DNA of 64,000 nt. Source: Candidatus Manganitrophaceae bacterium. GTDB taxonomy: Bacteria > Nitrospirota > Nitrospiria > SBBL01 > Manganitrophaceae. Shown piece by piece: positions 1 to 10,119 of the stretch (positions within the stretch are counted from its first letter, which is position 1; each line of letters opens with the position of its first letter). The stretch covers positions 30,302 through 94,301 of the forward strand of contig JACQEZ010000006.1 in the NCBI GenBank assembly GCA_016200325.1. The letters run 5' to 3'. The notes below the pieces were generated by a model. That model was not told the origin of the DNA and made no database searches. It saw nothing but the letters and a program-made list of their open reading frames with translations. The translations under genes were made by a program, and so were the position numbers.

Positions 1-548
1 CTCAGAATCGACTTTTCAGCGAGGTATTGCTTAACCTCGGGACGGACCGTCCTCCGCCGTTTTTCTTCGGCGTCCGCCGCGCCGCCGATCTCGAGCCAAT
101 CTCCTTTCTTCAAGCGCCGCCCGTCGAAACCGCCGATGCCGCTCTGAAGGTGCGTCGACCGGCTCCCCATCACCTTCGAGACGATGAGGCCGCCGCGCAG
201 AGAGAGGTAGCTTCGGGCGCCGTCTTTCATTGCGCGGCATTGCAATGTCTGTCCCGCGCGGACCGGAACCGACGTCCAGAGCGGCATCGGCTGGTGGTCG
301 AGGGTCGGCTCGCAGTCGGCGCCGGTGATCGCGATGACGCCGCGCGCCTCGAATTCGAACGTCCCGCCGACGAGGGTCATCTCCAGGGAGGCCGCCGTCC
401 CGTCATTCCCGACCAACAGATGGCCGAGCCGGAAGGCAACCGGGTCGGCCGCGCCGGCGGGAGAGAGGCCGACCTGCGCGAACCCAAATCGTCCCCGGTC
501 TTGGACCGTCGTTTGGAATCCGGGAGAGAGGACCCGAAGGGCCGGCAT
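1..548 (-). CDS. pxpC: 5-oxoprolinase subunit C / biotin-dependent carboxyltransferase family (KipA-like), 3' end outside window
   Basis: Not in the ORF track; translated by hand from ATG at 548 with AAGGAG RBS: MPALRVLSPGFQTTVQDRGRFGFAQVGLSPAGAADPVAFRLGHLLVGND...LEMTLVGG...GARSYLSLRGG...GSRSTHLQSGIGGFDGRRLKKGD. Open to position 1 and directly downstream of pxpB. Confidence 0.9.
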   Translation of the reverse strand, partial: MPALRVLSPGFQTTVQDRGRFGFAQVGLSPAGAADPVAFRLGHLLVGNDGTAASLEMTLVGGTFEFEARGVIAITGADCEPTLDHQPMPLWTSVPVRAGQTLQCRAMKDGARSYLSLRGGLIVSKVMGSRSTHLQSGIGGFDGRRLKKGDWLEIGGAADAEEKRRRTVRPEVKQYLAEKSIL

Positions 549-558
549 CAGCGCTCCT

Positions 559-1260
559 TCAAACCGATTCAGATAAAGGCCGCTCACGCAGCCGATCGAA
601 TTCCGCGCGGGAGACCGGCCGAAACCGGACGTGGTCGCCGATCGACAGGAGCGAGGGGGAGGTTCTCTCCGGGACAAAAAGATCGACCGTGGTTCGGCCG
701 ATGATCCGCCAGCCGCCGGGGGTCGCGATCGGATAGATCCCGGTCTGCGCCCCGCCGATCGCCACACTTCCGGCCGGAACACGGGTCCGGGGCGAGGGGA
801 GTCGCGGGGTGGCGAGTCGGGCGGAGAGCCCTTCCAAATAAGGAAACCCCGGCGTGAAACCGATGAAGGCGACCTGATAGACCCCTTCGGCGTGAAGCCG
901 GACAACCTCCTCCGGGACAAGATGGTGATGTGCCGCGACCGCCTCCAGGTCGGGCCCGAACGCCGCGCCGTAGCAGACGGGGATTTCGATCGTTCGCGCC
1001 GCGGTCTCGGTTTGCGCCGGCGGATCGTTCAATAAAGAAAGGAGGTGCGATTCGACCTCCGGGTGAGAGATCTGGAACGGATCGAAGGCGATCAGGACCG
1101 AGGCATAGGCCGGGTGAATGTTGACGATAAAATCAAAGCGGGAGGCGAGGAGCCGCGCGGTGAAGGACTGGACTTTTTCGCGCGCCCGGCGGGAAATTCG
1201 GTGGCCGAACGAGACGAGGATCGAGTGATCGCTGGCGGGCTGAATCAAGAGGGGATTCAT
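559..1260 (-). CDS. pxpB: 5-oxoprolinase subunit B (KipI / allophanate hydrolase subunit 1 family)
   Basis: Motifs IHPAYASVLI, EIPVCYG, FIGFTPGFPYL, RVPAGSVAIGGAQTGIYP, TPGGWRIIGRT. Start moved to ATG 1260 (GGAG upstream). Confidence 0.9.
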   Translation of the reverse strand: MNPLLIQPASDHSILVSFGHRISRRAREKVQSFTARLLASRFDFIVNIHPAYASVLIAFDPFQISHPEVESHLLSLLNDPPAQTETAARTIEIPVCYGAAFGPDLEAVAAHHHLVPEEVVRLHAEGVYQVAFIGFTPGFPYLEGLSARLATPRLPSPRTRVPAGSVAIGGAQTGIYPIATPGGWRIIGRTTVDLFVPERTSPSLLSIGDHVRFRPVSRAEFDRLRERPLSESV

Positions 1261-1494
1261 GGGCGCTCCCATCGGAGAGGGGTTCAAGGACCAGGGGAAA
1301 CGTTGATGCGCGGGCATCGTCCTTTTGCTCATGCTACCTGAAGTGGCTTGGCGCTTCAAGGGGGAGCGGGGAGGTGGGTCACTCCCTCCTCAGCGACCAG
1401 GGGCTTGCAATGTTTCGCTTGAATTTTATATAATTATTCACCCTTGCGTTTCTCCCTGTTCCCTCTCGTTTTTCTGATTATTCCGAAATAAACC

Positions 1495-1524
1495 TTGCTT
1501 CTTAAAAATCGTTTTTTTTATAAT
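1495..1524 (+). promoter_or_regulatory. Putative sigma70 promoter for the poly-HAMP kinase operon
   Basis: TTGCTT (1495-1500), 18-nt spacer, perfect TATAAT (1519-1524) in an AT-rich intergenic, about 60 nt before the GTG start. Confidence 0.5.
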
Positions 1525-1587
1525 GCTATTATTCGCGTTTTTTATTTTTAACGTCCACATACTCACCTCTAAACCCAGGGGGACAAC

Positions 1588-4500
1588 GTGATCATCAGTG
1601 ACTCCGAGATCAAAAAAGCAGGCAAACTTTCGCTGAAGCAAAAGGGGAAGAACGGCAAGATCGCTCCCCCCAAAATCGCTTCCCCAAAGAGCGGCGCGCT
1701 CAAGAATGGGAACGTCAGGAGCGGCGGCGCAAAGAATGGGAACGGCTCCAGCGAGGAGACCCTACTGCTTCTTCTCCAGGCACTGAAGGCGGTCAAGGAG
1801 GGTAATTTTACCGTCCGGATGCCGATCATCCCGAACGGCGTCTTGGGAGAGATCGCCGATGCGTTCAACGACGTGGTCGAATTAAGCGAGCAGCGGGCCG
1901 ACGAGTTCGTTCGGGTCAGCCGTGAGGTGGGACGAGAAGGGCGGATGACGGAGCGGGCGTCGACCGGCGGTGCGCGGGGGATGTGGGCGGCCACCGTCGA
2001 ATCGATCAACGCGTTGATCGAAGACCTGGCCCGGCCGACCACGGAGGTCGCCCGCGTCATCAGCGCGGTGGCCCAAGGCGATCTGTCGCAAAAGATGGCG
2101 TTGGAAATCGAAGGCCGGCCGGTCAAAGGAGAGTTCCTCCGGATCGGTACGACGGTGAATACGATGGTCGATCAGCTCAGCTCCTTCGCCTCCGAGGTGA
2201 CGCGTGTTGCGAAGGAGGTGGGGACCGAAGGAAAGCTCGGCGGCCAGGCGCAGGTGAGAGGGGTCGCCGGAACTTGGAAGGATTTGACCGATAACGTGAA
2301 CCAGCTCGCGGGGAACCTCACCTCTCAGGTGCGTAATATCGCGAAAGTCACCACCGCGGTGGCAAAAGGAGATCTCTCGCAGAAGATCGAAGTCGACGCG
2401 CGCGGCGAGATCTTGGAGCTGAAGAATACGATCAACATCATGGTCGATCAGCTCAACTCCTTCGCCGCCGAGGTGACCCGGGTTGCGAAAGAGGTGGGGA
2501 CCGAAGGGAAACTCGGCGGCCAGGCGCAGGTGAAAGGGGTTTCCGGAACTTGGAAAGATTTGACCGATAACGTGAACCAGCTCGCGGGGAACCTCACCTC
2601 TCAGGTGCGTAATATCGCCAAGGTGACGACGGCCGTTGCAAAAGGGGATCTCTCGCAAAAAATTACCGTCGATGCGAGAGGCGAAATCCTCGAACTCAAA
2701 GAGACGATCAATACGATGGTGGACCAGCTCCGATCGTTCGCTTCGGAGGTGACGCGTGTGGCGAAAGAGGTGGGGACCGAGGGGAAACTGGGCGGCCAGG
2801 CTGATGTGAAGGGGGTCTCCGGAACCTGGAAGGATCTCACCGACAATGTGAACCTCCTCGCCGGAAACTTGACCTCTCAGGTGAGAAATATCGCCAAGGT
2901 GACGACGGCCGTGGCGAAGGGCGACCTCTCCCAGAAGATCGAAGTCGATGCCAAGGGGGAGATCTTAGAGCTAAAGAACACGATCAACATCATGGTGGAC
3001 CAGCTCAACTCCTTCGCCGCGGAGGTCACTCGTGTGGCGAAGGAAGTGGGGACCGAGGGAAAGCTCGGCGGCCAAGCCGAGGTGAAAGGGATCTCCGGAA
3101 CGTGGAAAGACCTCACCGATAATGTGAACCTGCTGGCGGGAAACCTCACCTCTCAGGTGAGAAACATCGCAAAAGTCACCACCGCGGTGGCGAAAGGAGA
3201 CTTGTCCCAGAAGATCGAAGTCGATGCGAAGGGGGAGATCTTAGAGCTGAAGAACACGATCAACATCATGGTCGATCAGCTCAACTCGTTTGCCGCCGAG
3301 GTGACGCGGGTGGCGAAAGAGGTGGGTACCGAGGGAAAGCTCGGCGGCCAAGCCGAGGTGAAGGGGATCTCCGGAACCTGGAAGGATTTGACCGACAATG
3401 TGAACCAGCTCGCGGGAAACCTCACCTCTCAGGTGAGAAACATCGCGAAGGTGACCACGGCCGTTGCGAAAGGGGATCTCTCGCAGAAAATTACGGTCGA
3501 TGCCCGCGGCGAAATCCTCGAGTTGAAAAATACGATCAACATCATGGTGGACCAGCTCAACTCGTTTGCAGCCGAGGTGACGCGGGTTGCGAAAGAGGTG
3601 GGGACCGAGGGAAAACTCGGCGGCCAGGCCGAGGTGAAGGGGGTCTCCGGAACCTGGAAAGACCTCACCGACAATGTGAACCAGCTGGCAGGAAACCTCA
3701 CCTCTCAGGTGCGTAATATCGCGAAGGTGACGACGGCCGTGGCGAAGGGCGATTTGTCGCAGAAGATTACCGTCGAAGCGAAAGGGGAGATCTTAGAGCT
3801 GAAGAACACAATCAACATCATGGTCGACCAGCTCAACTCGTTTGCCGCCGAGGTGACGCGGGTGGCGAAAGAGGTGGGTACCGAGGGAAAGCTCGGCGGC
3901 CAAGCCGAGGTGAAGGGGGTCTCCGGGACTTGGAAAGACCTCACCGACAATGTGAATCTCCTCGCGGGGAACTTAACCTCTCAGGTGAGAAACATCGCGA
4001 AGGTGACGACGGCCGTTGCAAAGGGGGACTTGTCGCAGAAAATTACCGTCGAAGCGAAGGGGGAGATCTTCGAGCTGAAGAACACGATCAACATCATGGT
4101 CGATCAGCTCAACTCCTTTGCCGCCGAGGTGACGCGGGTTGCGAAAGAGGTGGGGACCGAGGGAAAACTCGGCGGCCAGGCCGAGGTGAAGGGGGTCTCC
4201 GGTACCTGGAAGGATTTGACCGACAACGTGAACCAGCTGGCAGGAAACCTCACCTCTCAGGTGCGTAATATCGCGAAGGTGACGACGGCGGTGGCGAAGG
4301 GCGACCTCTCGCAGAAGATCACTGTCGAAGCGAAGGGGGAGATCTTAGAGCTAAAGAACACGATCAACATCATGGTCGATCAGCTCAACTCGTTTGCAGC
4401 CGAGGTGACGCGGGTGGCGAAAGAGGTGGGGACTGAAGGAAAGCTCGGCGGCCAAGCCGAGGTGAAAGGGGTCTCCGGTACCTGGAAAGATCTCACCGAC

Positions 4501-6837
4501 AATGTGAATCTGATGGCGAGCAACCTGACGACCCAGGTGCGCGGGATCGTGAAGGTCGTGACCGCCGTCGCGAACGGAGACCTGAATAAAAAGTTGGTCG
4601 TCGACGCGAAGGGAGAGATCGCCGCGCTCGCCGAAACGATCAACAGCATGACCGACACCCTGAGGATCTTCGCCGACCAGGTGACGACGGTGGCGAGAGA
4701 GGTCGGTATCGAAGGGAAGCTCGGCGGACAGGCGAAGGTGCCGGGGGCCGCCGGTATCTGGAAGGATCTGACCGACAACGTGAACCAGCTCGCCGGTAAC
4801 CTCACCACCCAGGTGCGGGCGATCGCGGAGGTGGCGACCGCCGTGACGAAGGGGGATCTGACCCGGTCGATTACGGTCGAAGCGCAGGGAGAGGTCTCGG
4901 TCCTGAAGAACAACATCAATCAGATGATCGCGAACCTCAAAGACACCACGCAGAAGAATACCGAGCAGGACTGGTTGAAAACGAACCTCGCGAAATTCTC
5001 CGGCATGATGCAGGGGCAGAAAGACCTGAAGGCGATCTCCCGGTTGATCATGTCGGAGCTGACGCCGCTCGTCTCGGCGCACCACGGCACCTTCTTTATC
5101 ACGGAGGTGCAGGACAACCAGCCGGTCTTCAAGCTCGTCAGCAGTTATGCCTTTAAGGAGCGGAAAAACCTCGCCCAGCAGTTCCACTTGGGAGAAGGGT
5201 TGATCGGGCAGTGCGCGCTGGAGAAGAAGAGCATCCTCCTCACGCAGGTTCCGCCCGATTACATCGTCATCAACTCGGGGCTCGGCCAGGCGCCGCCGCT
5301 CAGCATTATCGTCCTCCCGGTCCTCTTCGAAGGGGAGGTCAAGGCGGTCATCGAGCTCGCCTCGTTCCAGCCGTTCAGCCCGATCCACCTCATCTTCTTG
5401 GAACAGCTGATGGAGAGCATCGGCGTCGTCTTGAACATGATCTCTGCGAGCATGCGGACGGAAGAGCTCCTCAAGCAGCTGCAGAAGTCGAACGCGGAAC
5501 TCGAAGCCCAGGCGAAAGAGCTCGAAGAGAAAGCGAGCCTCCTCGAGATCAAGAACCGGGAGGTCGAGCTCGCCTCGGTCTCCTTGGAGGAGAAAGCGGA
5601 GCAGCTCTCTTTGATTTCCAAATACAAATCGGAGTTCTTGGCCAACATGTCCCACGAGCTCCGGACGCCGTTGAACAGCCTGCTCGTCTTGGCAAGATTG
5701 CTCTCCGAGAACAAAGACACGACCCTCACCCCGAAACAGGTCGAATATGCGCAGACGATCTATACCTCCGGCTGCGATCTCTTGAACCTGATCAACGAAA
5801 TCTTGGATCTCTCCAAGGTCGAGTCGGGGAAGATGCGGGTGGCGACGAGCCGGGTGCTGCTGAAAGATGTTCAGGAATATGTGGAGCGAACCTTCAGCGA
5901 GGTCGCCCAGCAGAAGGGGCTCAACTTCGGAATCAACATGGAAGAGGAGCTTCCAAAGACGATCCAGACCGACGAGCAGCGGCTGCAGCAGATCCTCAAG
6001 AACCTTCTCTCCAACGCTTTCAAGTTTACCGACCAGGGGAATGTAACGCTCCGGGTCGGTCCGGCCGATGAAAATGTCTCGTTCGAGCGGGAGATGCTGA
6101 ATCAGTCGAACCGGGTGATCGCCTTCTCCGTCACCGACACCGGAATCGGCATTCCAAAGAAAAAGCAAAAGTTAATCTTCGAAGCGTTCCAGCAGGCCGA
6201 TGGAACCACCAGCCGCCGATACGGCGGGACCGGCCTGGGATTGACGATCAGCCGGGAGATCGCCCGGCTCCTCGGCGGAGAGATCCATGTCGACAGCACC
6301 CCGGGACGGGGAAGCACCTTCACCCTTTATCTGCCGGAGCAGTATCAAGGCCCGGAGGGCGATCTCGGCGAGCAGACCTTGGTCGAAGAGCAGCGGCTCT
6401 TGGAGTACAGCAACGCCGGCTCTCAGGAAAGCGGATTGGACGGCGGGCGGATCTTGATCATCGACGACGACGTCCGGAATATCTTCGCCGTGACCAGCCT
6501 GCTCGAAAGCCACGGGATGGAGGTCCTCCACGCGGAAAATGGAAAAGAAGGAATCGAGCTGCTGAAAGAGAAAAAAGGGATCGATCTCGTCTTGATGGAC
6601 ATCATGATGCCGGAGATGGATGGATACGAGACGACCCGGGTGATCCGCAAAATGGCCCCCTATCGGGCGCTGCCGATCATTGCGCTCACCGCGAAGGCGA
6701 TGAAAGGAGATCGGGAGAAGGGAATCGAGGCCGGCGTATCGGACTATATCACCAAGCCGGTCGACAATGATCGCCTCCTCTCGCTTCTCCGGATCTGGTT
6801 GAACCGGAAAAGTGAAGGGAAGTCGAAGCAGAAATAA
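1588..6837 (+). CDS. Soluble poly-HAMP hybrid histidine kinase (HAMP array-GAF-HisKA-HATPase-REC), bacterial relative of OsaA / fungal group III kinases
   Basis: 10 copies of WKDLTDNVN at 92-aa spacing, GAF-like region, H-box [16 protein letters not shown]-box [14 protein letters not shown] boxes DTGIG and GGTGLGL, C-terminal REC (IDDD...LMDIMMP...KP). No transmembrane segment seen. Confidence 0.93.
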   Translation: MIISDSEIKKAGKLSLKQKGKNGKIAPPKIASPKSGALKNGNVRSGGAKNGNGSSEETLLLLLQALKAVKEGNFTVRMPIIPNGVLGEIADAFNDVVELSEQRADEFVRVSREVGREGRMTERASTGGARGMWAATVESINALIEDLARPTTEVARVISAVAQGDLSQKMALEIEGRPVKGEFLRIGTTVNTMVDQLSSFASEVTRVAKEVGTEGKLGGQAQVRGVAGTWKDLTDNVNQLAGNLTSQVRNIAKVTTAVAKGDLSQKIEVDARGEILELKNTINIMVDQLNSFAAEVTRVAKEVGTEGKLGGQAQVKGVSGTWKDLTDNVNQLAGNLTSQVRNIAKVTTAVAKGDLSQKITVDARGEILELKETINTMVDQLRSFASEVTRVAKEVGTEGKLGGQADVKGVSGTWKDLTDNVNLLAGNLTSQVRNIAKVTTAVAKGDLSQKIEVDAKGEILELKNTINIMVDQLNSFAAEVTRVAKEVGTEGKLGGQAEVKGISGTWKDLTDNVNLLAGNLTSQVRNIAKVTTAVAKGDLSQKIEVDAKGEILELKNTINIMVDQLNSFAAEVTRVAKEVGTEGKLGGQAEVKGISGTWKDLTDNVNQLAGNLTSQVRNIAKVTTAVAKGDLSQKITVDARGEILELKNTINIMVDQLNSFAAEVTRVAKEVGTEGKLGGQAEVKGVSGTWKDLTDNVNQLAGNLTSQVRNIAKVTTAVAKGDLSQKITVEAKGEILELKNTINIMVDQLNSFAAEVTRVAKEVGTEGKLGGQAEVKGVSGTWKDLTDNVNLLAGNLTSQVRNIAKVTTAVAKGDLSQKITVEAKGEIFELKNTINIMVDQLNSFAAEVTRVAKEVGTEGKLGGQAEVKGVSGTWKDLTDNVNQLAGNLTSQVRNIAKVTTAVAKGDLSQKITVEAKGEILELKNTINIMVDQLNSFAAEVTRVAKEVGTEGKLGGQAEVKGVSGTWKDLTDNVNLMASNLTTQVRGIVKVVTAVANGDLNKKLVVDAKGEIAALAETINSMTDTLRIFADQVTTVAREVGIEGKLGGQAKVPGAAGIWKDLTDNVNQLAGNLTTQVRAIAEVATAVTKGDLTRSITVEAQGEVSVLKNNINQMIANLKDTTQKNTEQDWLKTNLAKFSGMMQGQKDLKAISRLIMSELTPLVSAHHGTFFITEVQDNQPVFKLVSSYAFKERKNLAQQFHLGEGLIGQCALEKKSILLTQVPPDYIVINSGLGQAPPLSIIVLPVLFEGEVKAVIELASFQPFSPIHLIFLEQLMESIGVVLNMISASMRTEELLKQLQKSNAELEAQAKELEEKASLLEIKNREVELASVSLEEKAEQLSLISKYKSEFLANMSHELRTPLNSLLVLARLLSENKDTTLTPKQVEYAQTIYTSGCDLLNLINEILDLSKVESGKMRVATSRVLLKDVQEYVERTFSEVAQQKGLNFGINMEEELPKTIQTDEQRLQQILKNLLSNAFKFTDQGNVTLRVGPADENVSFEREMLNQSNRVIAFSVTDTGIGIPKKKQKLIFEAFQQADGTTSRRYGGTGLGLTISREIARLLGGEIHVDSTPGRGSTFTLYLPEQYQGPEGDLGEQTLVEEQRLLEYSNAGSQESGLDGGRILIIDDDVRNIFAVTSLLESHGMEVLHAENGKEGIELLKEKKGIDLVLMDIMMPEMDGYETTRVIRKMAPYRALPIIALTAKAMKGDREKGIEAGVSDYITKPVDNDRLLSLLRIWLNRKSEGKSKQK
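2170..4929 (+). repeat. Intragenic 276-bp tandem repeat x10 (92-aa HAMP units)
   Basis: Trp codon of WKDLT at 2275, 2551, ... 4759, an exact 276-nt period. Confidence 0.95.
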
Positions 6838-6861
6838 AAGGGCGAGGCGGTAGACCGCTCC

Positions 6862-8463
6862 ATGCAAAAAATTAAAATCTTATTGGTGGACGACCACTGG
6901 GAGAATCTCATCGCGCTCCAGGCGCTTTTGGACTCTCCCCTCTATGAGCTGGTCTCCGTCCTCTCGGGGAGAGAGGCGCTGAAGAAGCTTCTCATCGAGG
7001 AGGATTTCGCCCTCATTCTCCTCGATGTTTGTATGCCCGATCTCGATGGTCTGGAGACCGCCGCATTGATCAAGAAGCGGCCGAAGGTCCGGGAGATCCC
7101 GATTATCTTCCTCACCGCCATCAATAAAGAAGATCGCTTTGTCTTCGAAGGGTACGCCATCGGCGCGGTCGATTACCTCTTTAAACCGTTCGAGCCGATG
7201 ATCTTGCGGTCGAAGGTGGCGGTCTTCACCGAGCTCTATCGGAGTCGAGAACAGATCCGGCGTCAGACCGAGCTCCTTCGGCAGATCGAGCGGCGGGAGC
7301 ATGAACGACATCTCCTCGAACAGGAGCTGGCCCTCCGGGAACGTTACAAAAACCTGGCCGACGCCATTCCCCAGATTGTCTGGTTCGCCGACAAGAACGG
7401 CGAAATGGAGGCGTGCAATGTCCGGTGGTTCGACTACACCGGCCTCTCCGAGGAAGAGAGCGTCGGGGACAGGTGGAATCGGGCGGTCCACTCCGGCGAT
7501 CTCAGCGAGACCGCCCACCGATGGGCGGAGGCGATTCGAACCGGACGGGCCTTCGAGACGGAATGTCGTCTTCGAGGAATCGAAGGGGGATACCGCTGGC
7601 ATCTCGTCCGCGGCATCCCGGAGCGGAATCGGGACGGGGAGATCGTCGCCTGGCTCGGCACCTTCACCGACATTGAAGACCAGAAGCGAAATGAAGAAGC
7701 GCTGAAGCAGAAGACGCTGGAGGCGGAGGAAGCCAATCGGACCAAGTCGGAGTTTCTCTCCAACGTCTCTCACGAGCTCCGCACCCCGCTCAACGCCATC
7801 ATCGGCTACGGCAGCCTCCTGTTGGAAGGGGCTTACGGCGATGTTACGGAAGAGGCCAAGGGACCGTTGGAAGGGGTCCAGCGTAACGCCACCGACCTGC
7901 TGTCATTGATCAACCATCTGCTCGACCTCTCCAAAATCGAATCGGGCGAGATGCCGGTGCATGTCGATACGGTCGATCTCAAATCCCTTTTGGCGGAGGT
8001 CGTCCACGATGCAAACGCACTGATCAAAGGCCGTCCGGTTGAAATGGGTTGTCATATTCCGGAAGACCTTTCGCCGATCGAGAGCGACGCCTCCAAAATC
8101 AGACAGATCATATTAAATCTCCTTTCCAATGCCGTGAAGTTTACCGAGCGGGGGAGCGTCACCCTGACCGCTTGCCATCTCGAACAAGGGATTCGGATCT
8201 CGGTCAAAGATACCGGGGTCGGCATGAAGGCCGAAGATATCCCGCGCATTTTCGAGCGATTCCAGCAGCTCGACGGCTCGCTGACCCGAAAGGCGGGAGG
8301 GACCGGGCTGGGGCTGACGATTGTGAAAAACCTCATCACCCTCCTTCAAGGCCGAATCGAAGTCGAGAGCACCGCCGGGGTTGGATCGACCTTCACCGTT
8401 TTTCTCCCGAAGAGCCTCTCTTTTCCCCTTTCCCCCAGCCAGGCCTCCCAGCTGTCCGCGTAG
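6862..8463 (+). CDS. Hybrid REC-PAS/PAC-HisKA-HATPase histidine kinase
   Basis: N-terminal REC (LVDD, LLDVCMP, FLTA, FKP), PAS/PAC (ADAIPQIVW...YRWHLVRG...WLGTFTDI), [25 protein letters not shown]. Confidence 0.92.
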   Translation: MQKIKILLVDDHWENLIALQALLDSPLYELVSVLSGREALKKLLIEEDFALILLDVCMPDLDGLETAALIKKRPKVREIPIIFLTAINKEDRFVFEGYAIGAVDYLFKPFEPMILRSKVAVFTELYRSREQIRRQTELLRQIERREHERHLLEQELALRERYKNLADAIPQIVWFADKNGEMEACNVRWFDYTGLSEEESVGDRWNRAVHSGDLSETAHRWAEAIRTGRAFETECRLRGIEGGYRWHLVRGIPERNRDGEIVAWLGTFTDIEDQKRNEEALKQKTLEAEEANRTKSEFLSNVSHELRTPLNAIIGYGSLLLEGAYGDVTEEAKGPLEGVQRNATDLLSLINHLLDLSKIESGEMPVHVDTVDLKSLLAEVVHDANALIKGRPVEMGCHIPEDLSPIESDASKIRQIILNLLSNAVKFTERGSVTLTACHLEQGIRISVKDTGVGMKAEDIPRIFERFQQLDGSLTRKAGGTGLGLTIVKNLITLLQGRIEVESTAGVGSTFTVFLPKSLSFPLSPSQASQLSA

Positions 8464-9014
8464 ATTTACCTTCTTTATTTATCTCAACTCCTTCTAGAGA
8501 TTATCCCGCTAACATCACCAAACCGTTATATAAATTCTAAAAATATGGAAAAGGAATATCCCTCCCGAAGACAAAATGGATTGGAATGCGGTGCGCATTC
8601 AAGCCTTCCGTCTCTATTGCTCTCTCCCTTTTCTAGAATGTGAATATAAAATCAAGTTCCGATAATACACTACGGTAATAGTACGTAAATATTTTGTTAA
8701 CGGCCTGTTAAAAAGGTACCGACTGTCACATTTTCAAAAGTCGAAATTCTCTTTTGATAATCCCGACATTGACAATTCTCTCAATGTGTATTTTTTTCCA
8801 AGATTCTTAAAATTAGTTATCAAAATAACCTTGCGCTAAAACAGGATCGATGGTATTAATCATCGGTGGCAGTTGAAAGAGTCACTAAATGTAAGTTACT
8901 GCTACACGGTATTCGCATCATCTGGCTTCAAGCGCAAGAACGCGCGAACACACTATATGCCTCATTCCGGGAAATTAATTTTCGGGATGGGTTTCAGGAG
9001 GAGGGAAGTTCAAG

Positions 9015-9692
9015 ATGAAGAAACTGATAGTCGTACTGGCTCTATTGTTGGGAACGATTGCGGGAGGACAGAGCGCCGCGAATGCGGACGAGTTGACCTT
9101 TCCACTCGATCAGCTCATCAGCCCCATTTCCATTCCCAATATCCCCCCCCAGGCTGTGGTCACCATGGCCGATGACGGAAACAAGGTCCGATTTGATATT
9201 ACCAATATCTCGTCGGGCAAGCTTCAGTCACTTTTTTTCAATTTCAGTGGCGATCCCCTCGGCCATGACCCGCGTGATTTAAGGTTCAGCGACGTCATGG
9301 TCGAAGGTTCCGCGCTGGGTTCAGACGCATTCAGAACACGTCTGGCTCCGACCGACACGGCAAGAAGAGGAAATCTTTTTGTCGAAGGTGGGGGCTTTTT
9401 CGACGGAAAGCTTGTTCTGAACCGAGACTTTCTTCTCGGAAGCGGGGATACTCTCTCTTTTGATCTGGGTATCAATGGAGTGAATCTTTCTCCCAACGAC
9501 TTCAACGTCAAGTCTCTGGCGGATGGATCGGGAGGGCCGACCTTTACGTTGGCTTCTCGGATCATTGGCCTAAGCGGAGGGTCCGTTTGGGTCGGTGGGT
9601 TAACACCGGTTCCACTTCCAGCCTCTTTTCTTCTCTTTGGATCGAGCCTGATCGGCTTGGCTGCCATTGCCCGAAGGAAATTGGCCGCATAA
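9015..9692 (+). CDS. Secreted VPLPA-CTERM (PEP-CTERM family) exosortase substrate
   Basis: Signal peptide MKKLIVVLALLLGTIAGGQSAANA. C-terminus VPLPA-SFLLFGSSLIGLAAIA-RRK (motif, TM helix, basic cluster). Strong AGGAGG RBS. Confidence 0.88.
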   Translation: MKKLIVVLALLLGTIAGGQSAANADELTFPLDQLISPISIPNIPPQAVVTMADDGNKVRFDITNISSGKLQSLFFNFSGDPLGHDPRDLRFSDVMVEGSALGSDAFRTRLAPTDTARRGNLFVEGGGFFDGKLVLNRDFLLGSGDTLSFDLGINGVNLSPNDFNVKSLADGSGGPTFTLASRIIGLSGGSVWVGGLTPVPLPASFLLFGSSLIGLAAIARRKLAA

Positions 9693-9697
9693 CCATG

Positions 9698-9737
9698 CTG
9701 TTGAGAGCATCCAGACAGACTTGGATGCTCTCAACAG
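9698..9737 (+). terminator. Perfect 16-bp stem-loop after the CTERM gene (terminator or mRNA-stabilising hairpin)
   Basis: CTGTTGAGAGCATCCA / 8-nt loop / TGGATGCTCTCAACAG; no U-tract. Confidence 0.5.
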
Positions 9738-10119
9738 AGATGGGCCATCTTCTAGACAGTCATCTTTAGCGATTCAAACATTAAGTCGTGAATAAACAAA
9801 AGTTGCTGTAGAATAGCTGCGAGTCTGGTCGTTCTAAGAAGAATGATGATGCGGAGCGCAGAGATATTCAGGAGGCTGGTTTTTAGGCAATTCATGTTAA
9901 TATAATCGATACAATTTTTCTCGGTGAGCAAGTTCCTCTCTTTTCCCTCTATGTAAATCTGGTGTCTTGTTGATCCTCTAACTGAAACAACTGGCATGCT
10001 CACTGAAAGTAAACCTATAAAGCGTGCGGGCAGTAGAAGATACTTCCATATCGTTAAAGAGTGATAAAAAAGCAGTAACAATTCTATTATCGTTTGATGT
10101 TTTATCAATGAGGTAATCC

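Noticed and set aside
27-704. Plus-strand 225-aa ORF in the track
   Set aside because: Antisense shadow of pxpC/pxpB; the real gene is the minus-strand frame translated by hand.
1261-1587. Apparent absence of pxpA
   Set aside because: pxpA may lie beyond the left window edge, downstream of pxpC; this cannot be judged here.
2170-4929. 276-bp periodic repeats as a CRISPR array or satellite
   Set aside because: In-frame coding repeats with synonymous variation, no repeat/spacer structure and no cas genes.
4351-6168. Long antisense ORFs over the kinases and EPS genes (also 58194-60473, 30817-32118, 42911-44176 and others)
   Set aside because: Typical stop-poor shadow frames of GC-rich coding DNA; no motifs or RBS, and fully overlapping well-supported genes.
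8890-8906. TGTA-N9-TACA palindrome as a PrsR/NtrC-type enhancer for the CTERM gene
   Set aside because: I found no correctly spaced GG-N10-GC sigma54 site with good consensus downstream; a short palindrome in AT-rich DNA can be chance.
9991-10007. CTGGCATG...CTGAA as a sigma54 promoter
   Set aside because: Good -24 box but the -12 element is GA, not GC.
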